Part shown: positions 20,901 through 36,000 of the stretch, in pieces
Numbering within the stretch: position 1 is the stretch's first letter
Layout: each line of letters opens with the position of its first letter
Assembly: GCA_010909165.1 (NCBI GenBank)
Contig: MU008165.1
Coordinates: 992,001 to 1,056,000, forward strand
Direction of reading: 5' to 3'
Length of the DNA: 64,000 nucleotides
DNA from: Anthoceros angustus
Taxonomy: Eukaryota > Plantae > Anthocerotophyta
Program-made: the position numbers and the translations under genes
Notes under the pieces: generated by a model
What the model was told of the DNA's origin: nothing
The model's database searches: none
What the model saw: the letters and a program-made list of their open reading frames with translations, nothing else

Positions 20901-23900
20901 ATGTTTTGATGTTTTGTCTGTTGTTTTAACTGCAGATGTCAGCAGTTGTTCGGGATGTGTTGTTAAGAAGAATTCTCGATGATGACTTCGGTGTGACACA
21001 TGCGGTACTTACCATCAAGGATTTGGTTAAGTTTCTGCTGCCCCAAAATGCTTTTGAGGCTCTAAGAGCATTGCTGAACAAATGTAAGGCCTTTTATAAG
21101 GAAAGATGATTGCATGACTTTTGCAATTATTTTGCATGATACATATTGGTGTCCTTCGTTTTCTTACCTCTGAAACTTCAGGTAGGAAAAATATGGACGG
21201 AAAAGCGAAGTCTGTAGCGAGAATAGCCATTGAATTGGCTGGTGACCTGGCTGAGCAGAATCCGGATTACTTGGAGGGTGTCGCTCTTATGCTTTTGAAT
21301 TATTTACTCATTCTGCCCAAGGTTCTACATTCCACTCCCCATGAGTTCCCTGCCCTGGCAGCTGATATGTCTTTTCGAGCAACAGAAGCAAAGATGTGCT
21401 GATCTGTATTTTTGTGCAATGGTATGACATTCGTAACTAGCGGATGATGATGCAACTGTACTTTGTGGACTGTTGCAGACATGGAAGCTACACTGGACTG
21501 CATTCACAGTTTGTCAGAAGTTGTCATATCCTTTGTTCAATGGTTTAGCAAGTATCGATGCTCTACCTCCAGAAGCTCATGATGATGGCATGAGCGTGAA
21601 GAATAGAAAGGTAGATTACAGATTGCACGCATGAAGGTCTAGTGAACCATAGTCATTACATCTTCAAGAGTTTTTCTGTGGTAACTGATACAACTTCAGA
21701 GGTTCTCACTAAATATGTGTCCTATGCGAATCAGCAAAAGCGGAGGGTTTGGATTTCTGCTATCAATAGTGAGATTGTTCGGGCTGTTTCAACTTCTCTT
21801 TTGACCAACGTGGCTGTATTTCTGCCACTACTGGCTAAATCTATCAAGGAGGGGCACTCAAGGGCATTAGTGATACTTGTTCTTCTTCAGTCTCTCTCTA
21901 CTGAAAAAAGTGGTATAATTCAGCACTTTTCTGCAAGTAGTTTAGCGACTGTCTTCTTCCTGCGATTTGCACTCTGATTTGCCTTGGTCTTTCTGTAGGT
22001 GGAATGAGAACAGCATTGGAGGATTATTTCTGTGTTGTTAAACAGGAATGGGAAGCTTTCATTTTGAACAACCAGATTGATGGGCTTCAAGTTCCTCAGG
22101 TATTTACACCCTGATGCCGGTTAGAAGTGAAATCAATTGTGTTATGTCTGCTTTGTCCTCGTCCAACCATCTAATAGGCTGATCATGGGCAGATAGACTA
22201 CCAGAATTGGGATTCCGGAAAATCTCCTGAGTTCTATTACAATTTGGAGACAATACCACATGTAGCGTATTATGAGCTGCTGCTTCGCACCTTGTATAAG
22301 CTGACGTTTCATGCTTTTGGAAATAGCCTGCTCGAACTCAAGGTAGTCTAAATGTGGCATTCCAGCAAGATTGACTGTTAAATCCTGCTTGGAATGGTGA
22401 TTGGAGCTTTAACCTGTGGTTGTTTTTCTAGAGTCAAAAGTCAGATGATGCACAGAGCCTCACCGTCGACCTCTTTGTGCTCCTTGCGGGTTCATCCTCT
22501 CCTGAAGCTTTTGAGCCCCATATGGCTCTGGTCACGAAAGAGCTCTCGGCAAGACTGTTCAGCTTCCTGTCCGGATTCTTCACACAGGATGGTCTGTTCA
22601 TCATTCATAAGTTCTTCGTTAAGGCATAACTCATGTTGAGAGGCAGTAATGTGGATCTGTTATGCGGTCTACCAGGCCTCTATAGGTGGCTAAAAATTGG
22701 CTAAATTGATTTGTGTTGGTGGCAGGTTCTTTGGTTCCGGCATTGGTGCAAACTCGAGCACTTGACCTTTTTGCTTCGTCTATCACGAGAAACTCTACGC
22801 TGTCAGCTGATGAGGCCGAAGTGCAAGGAAGGTTAGAAGGCACTGATGTACTGATGGCTTGGCCTGCACTGCTTGTAGCTCTAACGAGTAATCGGAAGGT
22901 AATCATGGACATGCTGGTGGCAGCATGTTGTTGTTCCTGGTTCCTTAGTTTAAGCTTTTTACATTGATGCTGAAAAGCTATTTCATTTGCTACTTGTGCA
23001 GGCGGTTCGTAAGGGCGCACTTGAGAGTCTCAAGCAGTTACATTCATGGGCTGGAAATGAGGGAAAGCATTTGCCAAGTGGATTAGGTATAATTTGCTAC
23101 TAAGTTTTTTTGTCAATTAGTCCTAAAATACAAAAGGATGATTTTTACTATTCTGATTGTCTCCCCTCTTAGGTGATGAGCAAGGAGTTCCAAAATTATC
23201 AACCAAGCTGTTTGTCGGTTTTTTGGGAGCTTTGATTGCTCAAGAGAAACTGTTCCTGGCCGATGGAACCCATCTCACATCCTTCTTCGTTCACTCTCTT
23301 AGTGTTGCACCAAGTGATTCCCAGACGGTTCCTCTTACTCCACTCACGGGAAGGTATTGACTGCTCATCTGAAATTCTTTTCAGCGCTGAAAGTCTTGCA
23401 AAGAATTGCATCTGGTTGTTAAATTTCAAAATCGGGGATGCACACCAACTGACATGGAATCATGGTGTGCCAAGGATTGATAGGAAGTCTCAGAAGGCCA
23501 TTGTCATGTATCTAGCAGCTTCTGCGCAGCTAATGAGTTCCTATCCTGAGGTATAGCAGCTTTGCCTTTATTGGGTTCCTGTGTGCTCCAGCTGAACTTT
23601 TCTGGTGCAGAGCTCATGTCATTTACTTGCTTAAGGTCTCTATCTGACTTTCTTTCTGACAACATCATGCAGAGAGTGCTGCTGTCATCCCTCTTAGATG
23701 TGGGACATGATGTGGAACTTGCTGTCGCAACCAGAGGTCTACTTTCACAGTTCCTACAAAAACGGCGGCTGGGTCATCTGAGTGACAGCAGTTCCATTGG
23801 TCAAAAGATAACAAATGCAGATCTACAACTTATCACTATTCTCCTTCGTGTATGATATCATCCAGATGATGGCTTGCTGAATATTTGCAGCTGTGGTTAT

Positions 23901-26900
23901 ATCGGTGCCTCCATCTTAACATTTCTTCTGTTTTAACCGTAGGTGCATACACCGCATGTAGCTGCTGCAGTGAGCTCTGCGTCTGGCAAAGAGGATTATC
24001 CAACCCTGGCTGGATTTTTTGAGGCTTTGACAGTAGGTCTTCAACCTTTTAGGAGAGGATGGCTTGCACTCATATATTTCTTGTGAACTTAAAATTTGCT
24101 TTTCTTGGCAGGTGGAAGGGGGTTCTTTAACTGACCCTGCAGTAGAGCAACCTTGCATTGCTGCTATTGGATGTGTGACACCGGATTTCTACAGAGCACT
24201 AGATGTGTCATTGCAAGTATGTCACTGAACCCTATTACTGCTTTCCCGTTTATGCAGGGTTGTGCTTACGATTCTATGTTTTGTGTTTAAATATCTTCTG
24301 TGGTTCTCAGGATTCTGTCTTCCAAGCACTACTGTCTCTCAGTACACTTGATTCCGTAGCCATACGGACAGCATCCCGAGGAGCAGTCTGGAAACTAGAT
24401 GTACGCTGTCTAATTCCTTTTTACGGGTCTCCTGTGGGAATTTCATGTAGTTTGTGGCCCGTGCTATTGGACTCATGGCATGGGTGGCTCCTTACAGGTC
24501 AGTGTGAAAAGTTTGTCCAAGCACGCATACTACATTGTTGGTGATCAGGTGTCAAAGACCACGCGTAAAAGGGCGAAGCATGGGCCAGGGGATTGTAGCC
24601 AGCAAGCAGCTGCTGGGAGTGCAGCCTGGCCTAAAGCTGGATTGTTTGTGGCGACTGCTTCTGCCCTGTTGGAGCTTCTCTTTGGAATGCCAAGTAAACC
24701 TGATAGGTTGATAATCTTCTAGCAAAACCAGCCACTGGCCATTGCTATAATGATCTCAGAAGGCCTGATGAGCAGGATTGTTATTTCTGTTAGTTACCTG
24801 TATTGCATTTTTGTGCTTGGAGCAGGTGTGGTGAGATAACTTCTTTGTATTGGTATCTGCAGGCACGTGCTTCTTGATCCACTTTTTCTGCTGCTCGGTC
24901 AGATCATTACTAAAAATTGGCCTCAGACTGATGAATCTAGCCAAGAAGTGGGGGCTGATTCTGGTGCAGAAAACAAGGCTGATGGATCAAGCATGTCAAG
25001 CGTGACTTATGTTGAGCAATTGACAATCATGACACTGGAAAAGATTACTTGCGAGCTTGCGGACAATATTGATGATAGTCTCAAGGTAAGCAATGTTTTT
25101 TTATTTGATTTTTTCCTGATACTATTATTGGTATATCTTGTAGTGAATTGAACATAAAGCTGACTAAATGTTGGCTCCAGGACGGAGACATATCATCAAG
25201 ATACGATATAAACCTTATAGTGGACTGTGTCAGCAGAGCCACTGATCCAGTTACGAGAAATCATGCTCTGGCGTTACTGACTGCTGCTGGGAAGCTGTAT
25301 CCTCAGAGAGTTCTCAGCCATGTGATTGACATTGTCTCTGTGATTGGTGCATCAGTTGTCACCCAGGTCGGTCTCTGTAACTTGGTTATCAATGCTTGTT
25401 ATACTCGCTGCTCATCTCATCTGTTGCACTGGCATCCGTATTCTCATCACTCTCCCACACTGTCTGTTCCATGGCAGGATGTTACACATTCACATGAAGT
25501 GGTGTATCAAATGCTTGCAACAATTGTTCCAGTTTGGCTTGAGAGCACACAAAGGCCAGCCGAGCTTTTTCAGGTCTATTTGGTTCTTGAGCACTACTTT
25601 CTATCCTGATGGGGTCCTTTTTTTGGGAGGTTGATGTTCACAGTAGTGTGTTTGCTGCTGTCTGTAGGTTTTTGTTAGTGCTTTACCACGGGTGCCCACT
25701 CACCGCCGCCTTGCGTTAGTTACCAACTTGCTGAGGTACATGTCAGCCGTGACACCCAAAACTGTTCACGCCTTCAAGAACCGTAATCCTATTGCAAATT
25801 TTACGAACATGTTCTGTTGTTATCCTACTGGTTCTGATATCACGGGGCTGCCCTAACATTTGCTTACTGTAGGGTTATCAAGGTGGAATATGGGTTGCAC
25901 ATCTTTCTTTGGTTACTGGTTCAAGATTTTGTCAGTGCCTCAGCACTGACCAACGGAGAGAAGCCAAATGAACCACAAGCAGAGAAATGGCAATTAAGAT
26001 TTGCTGCAGAGATCTGTGAGCAATATGATTTTTCTGCACAGCTGCCAGCTCTTGTGAGATTGTTGGAGTTGTCCCGAGCCCATGCCGGTGGTGAGAAAAT
26101 CCAAGTGGAAGACTCAAAATCCAAGGCTGCAGAGTTTTGGACATTGCAGCAAACAGCACTAAATCTAGTGGTAGAGCGCCTGCATGCATCAGATTTGCTT
26201 CTGTCAGACAAGGAAGCTTCATTGCAGGTGCGTATCTCTTACAATGGCCCGCTATTTTCTGCTTCTTTATGCAGCGCAGCACTTTATGGTCAGGTGAGTG
26301 TGCCGGTTATTGTGTTCTTATCATGCCTTCATGCAACATCTGGAATGCTTGTGCAGGATGCATATGTTGGACTCCTGGAGCAGGTGCTGCTTCAGCTGCA
26401 GTTGGCAGGTAGCACTGCAGCAATTGCCTTGCATAGTCATAAGCTAAAAAAGAAAGCACAAGATTCAGCCTACGCGCTTTTGGATCTTCTTATTGGCTTC
26501 ATGGCACCCTCTGCTTTTACAAAGAGCATGGCCTCCCTGTTGAAGCATCCTGACACACGAATCCGTCGCAAGGTAAGGGGTTTTCTCTTAGGCCGGATTG
26601 AGGCCTCATCATCCATGCCAGTGCAGTTCTCTTAATTTGTAAACTTTTTTTGCAGGTTTTGCGGCTGTTCACAGCGAAGATGGCTCATCAACTTCAGAAG
26701 GGTGGTGACTTGGGTAAGAAGAAAGGCAAAGCTATAAAGGATAAAGGCTCTACAATGGAGGTGTATGATCTGAAGGACAGTGAGCTTCACAGAACGATGG
26801 TCACAGAGATTATGGGGGTGCTTTCTGATACCGGAGAGGAGGCTTCTCTAAGCACTAAGCATGCTGCCATCCTGGCACTTGATATGTGCACACAGATATA

Positions 26901-28867
26901 TCAGGGCAGCTCCCTTGAAATCTTTCTGTCGTGCTTTCCGACATTGGTTTCACATTTCAACACCACCAGCCAGTCAATAGTGCCAGCCGCTGTGAAATGT
27001 GTGGCATCCATTTTCAGGTTGCTCGGAGCTCAGGCTCTGCCTGCTCTTCCAGATACAGTGAAAGAGCTTCTGAAAATATCCCAGGATTTGCAAGCTAAGG
27101 CAAGGGAGGACTATGAAACCAACAACAGTGATGGTGTCTTTAAGACGTGCTTAGCCATCCTCGAAGCATATCAAGCTCTCGTTGAGAAGCTGCCTTTGTA
27201 CTTGAGTCCGTATCTTGCAGATATTGTAGGGGTTGTAGTGTTGCAGGAAACTTTTATAAGGTCACCAAACGTGGAAGTTGCAGAACGTGCCAAAACTTTG
27301 AGGAGTCTACTTCCAGATAAAGTACCGGTAAGGAAAACCATTTATGCCTCTTTGTTCCTTCGTTATATTGCGGCCCATGTGAGTGGAAAGGCCTGTTTGT
27401 GTTTCTGACAGTGATGGTACGGGATTATGTGGGCAGGCTCGGCTGTTACTGGATCCCCTGATCAATTCATACGAAAAGGCTATACTTGCAGGGGAAGTGT
27501 CCACTTCGGGCCTTTTCCAGATGGTTGCTCAGTTGGCGGCTAATTTGGACAAGGCTTCACTAGCCTTGTACCATGGCAAGATATTCAATCTTTGCATTAT
27601 AGCCTTGGATTTGCGCCGAAAGGTGCCTTCGACATTTTCATCCATCAACAACGTGGAAGCTGATGTGGTAAGGGCGCTTGTGGCCCTTGTAATGAAGCTG
27701 GGTGAGAGCACGTTCAGACCACTGTTCGTCAGGACTATGGAGTGGGCACAAAGTACATCACCTGATGGCGAAGAGGATGGCACGGGGTACGATGTGTATC
27801 GGAGCATTTCCTTCTTCAGACTCGTGAACGAGCTAGCTGACAAGCTCAGGTTCGACTAATGGCCATCCCTCATTTCGAATGCGCTTGAGCAAAGTCTGTG
27901 ATGTTTGTGATTTTCTTTGTGCAAATACTGCTGCTCAGCGTTGTTGTGTTAGCATACTCCGTATTTGGGGAGCTCATTTGAGGGTTTGTTGCAGGTCTTT
28001 GTTTGTCCCGTACTTCAAATACTTCCTGGATGGATGTGTCCACCACCTTACTCGTGGCAAGCAGGCGGAGGAGCAGGAGGCATCAAGGCCAAAGAAGAGA
28101 CGGAAACAGCACTCTGCTGGGACTCTATCACCCTCTGAATGGCATGTTAGAGTGCTGGTGGTTACCTCGCTGCAGAAGTGTTTTCTCTATGACACTGTAT
28201 CGTTTTTGGATGCCACAAGGTTTCAGGTAGCTCCCACCTCTCTCCTAGTTATTTCATTTCAGAAATACTTGAGTATACGCGGCTTTGCATGGCGTGCTGC
28301 ATCACTCACTGCATCATGTCGTTTGCAGCTCCTGCTCAAGCCTTTGGTACAGCAACTGGGCGTGGCAGCTCCCACAAGTGCGCCGGACAGTTCTGATGAT
28401 GGATCCTCTCTTCAGAGGCTTGAGATGCCTACGGAGAAGGAAATGGATGAAGTGGTGGTATCTTGCTTAGGTCAAATGGCGTTGGCAGCTGGGACGGATC
28501 TGGTGTGGCAGCAACTGAACCATGAGGTATGACGGTGGTCTCCTTCACTGCCGACCACACTCCACTCCCTGTCGCTTTCTTCCTTCGGCACGCTGTATCT
28601 GGTTTTTCAGCTTTCGCGGTCTTCATGCCGCAGGTTCTGATGAAAACCCGTAGCGATGACGTGCGCACGCGTCTGCTGGCGCTGGAAGTGATCAAGTTCT
28701 TGGTACAGCGGTTGCGGGAGGAATATCTGGTGCTGCTCCCCGAGACGATCCAATTTCTGGCCGAGCTTCTAGAAGACAGCCAGCTTACGGTGGTAGCCAA
28801 GGCGCAGGAGCTGGTGAAGCTGCTGGAGGAGCTGAGCGGCGAAGATCTGAAGCAGCATTTGTGCTAG
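17991..28867 (+). CDS. UTP10: U3 snoRNA-associated protein 10 / HEAT repeat protein 1 (BAP28), ~39 exons
   Basis: N-terminus MATPLGAQLQ...RPSLFFDPVQAADTDLQTIFSIALEG; LSGYLMLDPAPRTLEYLIRRY; ILPYHET; BP28CT-like ALVMKLGESTFRPLF and SLFVPYFKY; C-terminal EEYLVLLPETIQFLAELLED...LEELSGEDLKQHLC*. Introns are mostly GT-AG; the exon count is an estimate by eye. Confidence 0.95.
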
Positions 28868-29910
28868 CGGCCGAAGCAAGGCCAGGCCGCTCACGACCAA
28901 TTTTGATTCCTAGGTGCGGGACCAGCGTTGTATTCTTCCAGTCCTCATGTGTGAGGGAGAGTAGAGTTTATAAAGCAAAGCTTAGCTTAGCGGCCGTGTG
29001 GTCAAACCAAAGGTACCATACATCTACAGGCTACAGCTGCTAGATGCGTGTCTGTGGTGCAGCATGCACAGAAAGCAGGAGCAGACAAGGTGGCAGGCAG
29101 GCATAGCGAGGTAGAGGAGCCCTTAGTGGGAGCTGACGCCACTGCAGTACACGGAGGCCCAGGGCTGATTGCACGGGGAAGCTGAGAAACGGGGGAAAGC
29201 ATGATGGGAAGGCTCTGCCTCGCAGTTGGCGCCTGAATGGTTGTCAGAAAAGGATGCACTATAGCGCCAGTCGTAACGGGCCGGGCCCGGAACCCGTCTG
29301 CTCCATTGCTTGCCACTACCACCTGGTTGTAGGGCCTGTACAATACGCCTGGGTTTTTGCCTGCTCAGAGTCGACTTTTGCCTCAGGCCCGAGCAGGACA
29401 TGGCCCCTGTGGACGATATGTAGTCAGTGCCTTGCTTTGGAGTCTGACCTGCACATTGCCCATAGCTCATCGTCCAGGGCACGTTGCCGCTCCCTGACAA
29501 AGTGTGGGTACGCTGCTGGTCAGGGCACTGCCTTCGCCTCCGCAGAGACGTGTTTGTCCGCGGTCCTGGACTCCTGGGTTGCTCTGTTGGACTGTATGTA
29601 GGCTGGGTACTCTAATTGGTTTCCCGTTGGCCAGACAGTGCTCTTGCACTACCCGCGGAGTGCAAATGCCATATTCTTATATTAGCCTCCCGTGGTTTAT
29701 TTCAGCACGAATCTTTAATGCCGTTTGTGTGAAGCCCAGTTCGACCGGAAACTGCACGACATGTTTTGCACATATGGTACTGTTCCATGAGTATTTGGTA
29801 ACGTGTAGTTTGTGGAATAGAGGTCGCTTGTTTTCTAATATGGTCGAACGGGCTTTGCTTGTTCACGTGCCCGGATGGCACGTTCAAGGGGCTGCCGGGA
29901 TTGTGGCGTT

Positions 29911-30043
29911 TGTGGTGTTGGGATTTCGAGTCCATGTGGTGTTGAGATTTTGAGTCTTGGTAGGGTTGGGATTTTGTCTCGTGGTGTTGGGGGTTCTGAG
30001 TCTTGTGGTGTTGGGATTTTGAGTCTTGTGGTGTTGGGATTTT
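29911..30043 (+). repeat. ~24-bp minisatellite, about 6 copies
   Basis: Unit TGTGGTGTTGGGATTTTGAGTCT with variants. Confidence 0.85.
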
Positions 30044-33000
30044 ATGCCCTCCGGTTATGGGATTCACTCCCGCGCTTAGTCACCTACAAGCTATAAGCGA
30101 GAGCATGGGGGTTTGTATCGAAAGAGAAGAGATGGGGTGAGCCCACCCATAAAAGCCCGTAAGCGAGTCCCATGTATGTACATGTATGTATGTTTGGGAA
30201 TGGATAGATGCTCATACATGGTATGGGAGGAAGGGTCGGCAGAGGATGGAACCTGGGACCTCGGTGTGGTCACGGGGGTGGAACCTGGGAAGCACCTTCA
30301 ACGTGTTGCCTTGCGGCCGAGCAGGGCCCGGCCTTGGCTGCTTCCTAGCGCACATGGGCCCGGATGGGCAGTGCGCTGGCCAGGCCGCCCACAGCGCCAA
30401 GGTGGAGCGGCCAATGACGGAATGCAGAGTGGGCGAGAGTGAGAGAGTCGGGACGCAGACGCCCTCGTTTCATCAGCTGCTGGGATGCTGTTATCCGGAT
30501 GCCGGACCGTAGCCGGCAATGGCATGGGATCGTCGGTCAGCCCCCCGGTTCGGACAAGCGCATCGACACGTGGTCAGTGGGAAGGAGAGTGGGGACTCGT
30601 CGGGACATGGGCTCTCCCAGACGCAGACGTAGACGCCTACGCCGACGCGAGCCCGCAAAACAAAGCGCATAGTTCACGCAGCACCGTCGTTAACTTGGAC
30701 TCCGTGTGCTTCGTCTTCTTTCTTCTCCTTCCACAGTAGACCGCCGGGGACAGTGCCGTCGCTCCTTCTAGGTAGTTCCCGACTGCGGACTGGCCATGGA
30801 CCGTAGACCATCGCTGCACAAGAGTACATACTTGCACAGGCTTTATCAGAGTTCGGAGGGACTGGCGCGTGGAACCAGATGGGTGGTGTGACTGGTGAGT
30901 GGTCACCGGACGGTCGTGGGCGGGAGCGCGGGCGATGGGGATGGTGGGTCTCACCGACTGTACATGGAGGAAGAAGAGAGCTGAAGGGTTGAAGGCGGAC
31001 ACGAGGTGAGCGACGCAGTAACGCGGCCAAGTGCCCAAGTCAACTGGACAGATGCGGCTAGAGGCGCGGGAGCTTATGATAAGTAATGGCGCCTCAGGCT
31101 CTGACACACAGGAAGACGACTGGATGATTGCCCAGATCTCCAACCGGCGCTCAATCCGGCGGCTTCCTTCAACCGTAACCCGGTCTCGACACAGTAATGG
31201 CGCTCGCGTACTTCTCGCAGTTACATATGTACATGCAGTGGCTGGTTAAGGAAAGCAAAGACTTGTCAACGCGCGGGAAAGGGCTGGAGGTCGAGGCGGA
31301 TCCGGCACCGCCTGGGGAGGCGCGCTGGATCGATATCTTTTCCCTCGCGAGCTGCTTCTTCTGTCTTCGTGGATGCAGCGAGGGAAGGAATTTATGAGCA
31401 AATCCGGGTTCGCATGATTACGGCGTGTAAAGCATGTTTAGGAGATTGAATGAAGGTACTGTAATGCGAGGTGGAGGCTGGAGGCCGGGCGGTGCAGAGG
31501 AGGCCAGAGTGCAGGCGCTGCCCATGATCGGAATGCATCCCAAGCGTTATGAGAGGACCTGGCACCCGGTAGGCCTGTCCGACTCCTGCCTTGCAAATGC
31601 GTCCATCCAGCCCGCTGCCGCTGCCGCTGCCGCCTGCTGCGGGCCGCGCCCATGAGCTCAGCCAACAGAAAGATTTGGTACCCACCAATGACGTCCCACC
31701 GCGCTTCGCTGGCCTCTGCCATGCCGTATCCCTGGACCCTGCTCAGTGCCCGCGGCCGGTTGGGCAGAGTAGGGTAGCGTTGGGCTGGGCTCTGGGCTGG
31801 GCTGGGCTGGGCTGTTTCGTGAACGGCATTCGGACGGGTCACGGCATGGTGTTTGAAGTTACAGGCATGATCAATCTGATTATGAGCTGCTGCTGCTGCA
31901 GTGCAGATCGAGTGGCGGTGATTAGCCTTTGACCATGTCCGGCCATGGCATCTTCTCATGTGAGAAAGTGCAGTAAGTTTCTCACACGAACGATGTGGAC
32001 TACCACTGCCCATCTGCTTCTAAGACTGTACATAGAGGAGCTAGATACAGTAGCTTTTCTCTTCGCTGGTCCGGCAGTGGCGTCGCGTTGCAATACTGCA
32101 CGACAGGCCTCGGCTGTACGCTGCTGGCACAAGCTCCCGGGACATCCACAAACTCCAACTTTCTACTGTTTCCCTTCCCCTCGATCGATGGGATATGCAG
32201 CAGGACGCCCCGGATTGCCACTCGGATTGTCCCGCGCCCAGCCCAGCAGGTATGTATGTACACTTGTATGTGATGCTGCATACATAGGACCTGTGATTGT
32301 GCTGCAGGGGCATACTGTTATAACATACTCCTACTGCGTAATGCTGTACAGTGTACACGGAGCGCACTTGTCCGGAAACCTGGGGACCAGACAGAAGGCT
32401 GCATGATTGCAGCGGGGGACACAGGCTTCGAAAACTGGGGATAGGGCGGCAGCAGCTACTGCAGATTCAGAATGCGAGCCAGGCTAGCTATAACCCCGTA
32501 GGCTGTAGCCATAGCCTCTGAGAGAGAGCCAGATGATGTACATATGTATATAGAAGCAGGCAGGCTGCGGCAGTACTAGCTACCAGTACTGCATGGGCCC
32601 AAGCTGCATCATCAGAGAACGGAGCCCGCGGGCAACTGTGGATCCGTGCCCCCAGGCAAGGCTCCCTCTGATCAGCCCACACGAGTCTCAGAGGAGAGAT
32701 GATAGATATCTGAAGATCCCCTTGCCGATGTGCAGCAGTAGCCTTGCAAGGCAACGCCAGCTAAAGGCAGCTGCTCGCTTGCCTTTTCAGTGCGCTAGGG
32801 TACTACAGTACGCAGTGCAGCAGCAGCAGCAGCAGCAGCAGGATTTGAAGTGGCCAGGAACCGCAGAGTGCAGTGTGCAGAGCAAAAAGTGTGTGGGGTC
32901 TGTAAAGCAGGGTCCTCTCCTCTGGTATCGTGCACAGGCACCTTTCTTACCATTTGTATTCAGTGTATCCAGCCCCGAACTACATACATATAGGTTTAGA

Positions 33001-36000
33001 TATTTGTCTTGTGAGTGGCGTCCCGGACCTGGCCGCCCATCTCCCAATTTCATGTATAACTGAGGGAAGCATATGCGCAATAAAATAGTGCAGGGAATCG
33101 GGGACCCACAGCTGCGTTCCTCTTGGCATGGAGCTGCCCGAACAGGAAGCTATTATTATAGCCCTGCACCTCCTAATGAGCCTGCTGTGAGGTCTGTGTG
33201 GCCTCTGCTGCTGCCCACGGCTAGCTGCGACAATCGATATCGCTTATTTAATACACTCCCCACAATGCGTATACAGCAGTATTCCATTTGGTGCCACATG
33301 AGGGCTGGCGCCCAAATAAATGCATGCTGCGTGCACCAGTCCATGCAGGCTCTCCGCAGAAGGAAGTGAGCCAACGCTCCAGACGGGCAACAATAATGTC
33401 CGGTCTCCTCTGTCATATTTACATGTGCCAAGCGTGCAGTGCGCTCCATCTTTGAGTACATACATACTCTTTGTGTATATCTCTAAATGACTCTGATGAT
33501 CACCCACCGCACTGCACCGCCCTCGGCCGTGCACCGCAGTAAAGTACTGCACTCCCCTCCTCTGCTGGACCAACTAGGACACCACATTTTTCCTGCTTAC
33601 GTAGTGGATAGCCTTGTGCCTGCGTCGATCTTCCTCCTGACTTCCTCCCTTTGAGATGGAATTTGTCTGGCTATGGCGTTGTCCCTTTTTCGCCTTTCTT
33701 CATACATGCATACTCATATGCCTATCTCGCCTCGTGCATCATGATCAGCATTTACAAGGTGGCATGCACTCGTACAGTGTACTTGCGCAACACAATAATT
33801 TGCTCTTCGTTGCTTACATATGCTGTATGTGCTTGTTCCAACTTCCTATTGCAACAACGGAGAGAGAAAGCATGAGTTGAGTTGTCGGTAAAAGAGTGTG
33901 TACATACTGACCCAGAGCAGTTCCAGATGTGATGTACTCGAGGGTGGTGAATCCTGGCGCGGGAACTTGCACTTTCAGCCCTGGTAAACAAATAACCCAT
34001 ATTCGTCGCGGGATCTGTGCGACCAAGTTCCAACCTTGTCGATATTATATTAAACCTAGTTACGATGCTCATGAATGCGCGGAGACATGTATGTCGTTGT
34101 GACCATGCATGCATGCTGGGGCGGGAGATGGCGACATGGCGATGGCATGAGCATGTAGGGTATCGGTGGCGATGGCGTGTGCGCTCTGGCGTGGGTCAAG
34201 CGCGGTCAAGCATCCGAGGCCAAAGGCGGGCCGCGGGGGAGAGAGCTGGCAAGCAAAGGCAAAGACGGGGGGTTGTGGGTTGTGGGTTGTGGGTCTGGCC
34301 GGGGTCCTCTGGGACCTGTAGGAGGGCCGGGCCTGAGCCCTGTCACGTGGGCAGGCCAGAATTATACGCCTTTGCCCACCAACCACCTGCTGGTCAGCTT
34401 TTGACACGTCCCCGCCACAACCGGGTGGAGCTGCTTCCATCCCATTGCATGCGATCCGGGCCAGGGCCAGGGCAGGCCAGGGCAGGCCATGGGCTGGCCC
34501 ACCTCTCCCTTTCCTTTCCGACCACCGGCAGGCCATGGGCCAGAGCGCCCAGCCCAGCCCTGCCCAGGCTCCAGCCCAGGCCGGAGCCGGAGCCGAAGCC
34601 GAAGCCCCGGGGCCCGTACCCTGGAAGCAGCCGCCCTGGGGCCTACATCCCATGTATGAGTGGATGGATGGATGCATGTGGATGCGAGCCACGTTTCCGA
34701 CGCAGGCAGGCCCCGGCCCGGCTTCCCATTATTACCGTTCCTCGTCTTGGCGCGCCTTGTTTACATTATCCACGAATCCATTTGGAAACGAGGTGTTTAG
34801 GCCGGCTCGCTTCTAGAAGCTCGAGGCTCTAACGCGCGCTGCCGCGCAAACAAACAAGAAGAGGGAGGGGAGCCTATTTCTGCCTCCTCGCTTTCGGAAT
34901 CCGGATTCCTTTGAGTGGCATGGATATGGAACATCCAAAACAGTTCGACACTGTACATGAGAGGTGAGCATGAATGTAACGGCCACTTCCATTTGTCAAA
35001 CTCCGCTGTACTCCCCGCACACCAATGGAAGGGCAGAGCTGTCTCATCTCCACAGCCCACCGATTCGATTCCGCGATTTCGCGTTCTGGGTTCGCAACGC
35101 TGTATGTAGCAACAGTGGTACAAGTCGCAGGAGCAGGGGGCCCACTGGAAGCCAATCAGGCTCTCCGCTTCATCACCGCACTCTCTCCGTCTCCGAGAAT
35201 CAGCTACAGCGGCTGCACCGAGCCCAGCCCAACCCAGCCCAACCCAGCCCAGCCCAGCCCAGCCCAGCAGCCCAGGTGATGGGGATGTTGTCTTGTCTCC
35301 ACAAGTTGGGAGCCTCCCCCAAAAACTCGCGCGAATACTGATAATCTATTTGCCGGTCCCCCATTTCCAATTCCGCCCTAGGCCCCCAGGTCCACTTAAT
35401 AGAAAATATGCTTCGTGTCCAGACATTCTGCTGGGCCTGGCTACTGCGAAGTGCCGGAGCTGGAGTTGCTTGTCATGACGAAGGAGATGCTCCGACCATG
35501 GCGCAGGCGGCTCCGACTCCGTCCCCTCGTTGCCCTGCCCTTCCCTGCTCTCAAGAAGCCAAATAATAAAAAACAACGAGGGTGTGGGCCGCTGCGGGCA
35601 TTGGCAAATGATGATGTAACCTGCACTCAAAATGTGTACAAAGCTGCCCGAATCTTCTCCCCCGGGCCTGGCACTGGCCCTGGCCCTGGCCCGGTGCCAG
35701 CCTTAGAGGGCATCTTGTGTCGGCAACGCCAGGCCACGCCACGCCAAGCCTTGGCCACGCCACTCCCACGCCATCGCCCGGGCCCGTCCACCACGTTTCC
35801 TCAGCTCCCTCTCCCTTCAGCCTTCCTTCCAACCTGCTCCTCCTTTCCCCACATGGTCATCACCGTCACCTTGCACGCATGGGCTGCAATCACAACTTAT
35901 CCCAATCTTAGGCTCTCTTCCGTCCCGTCGGAATTGCCCATACTGCGATTCTGATGCCATCCCTGCACGTTGCGATGCAAGCATAGCGTATCTCATTGGA

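Noticed and set aside
29000-35950. Many 60-270 aa ORFs downstream of UTP10
   Set aside because: No recognisable motifs or consistent exon chain; they overlap in all frames as expected for GC-rich non-coding DNA.
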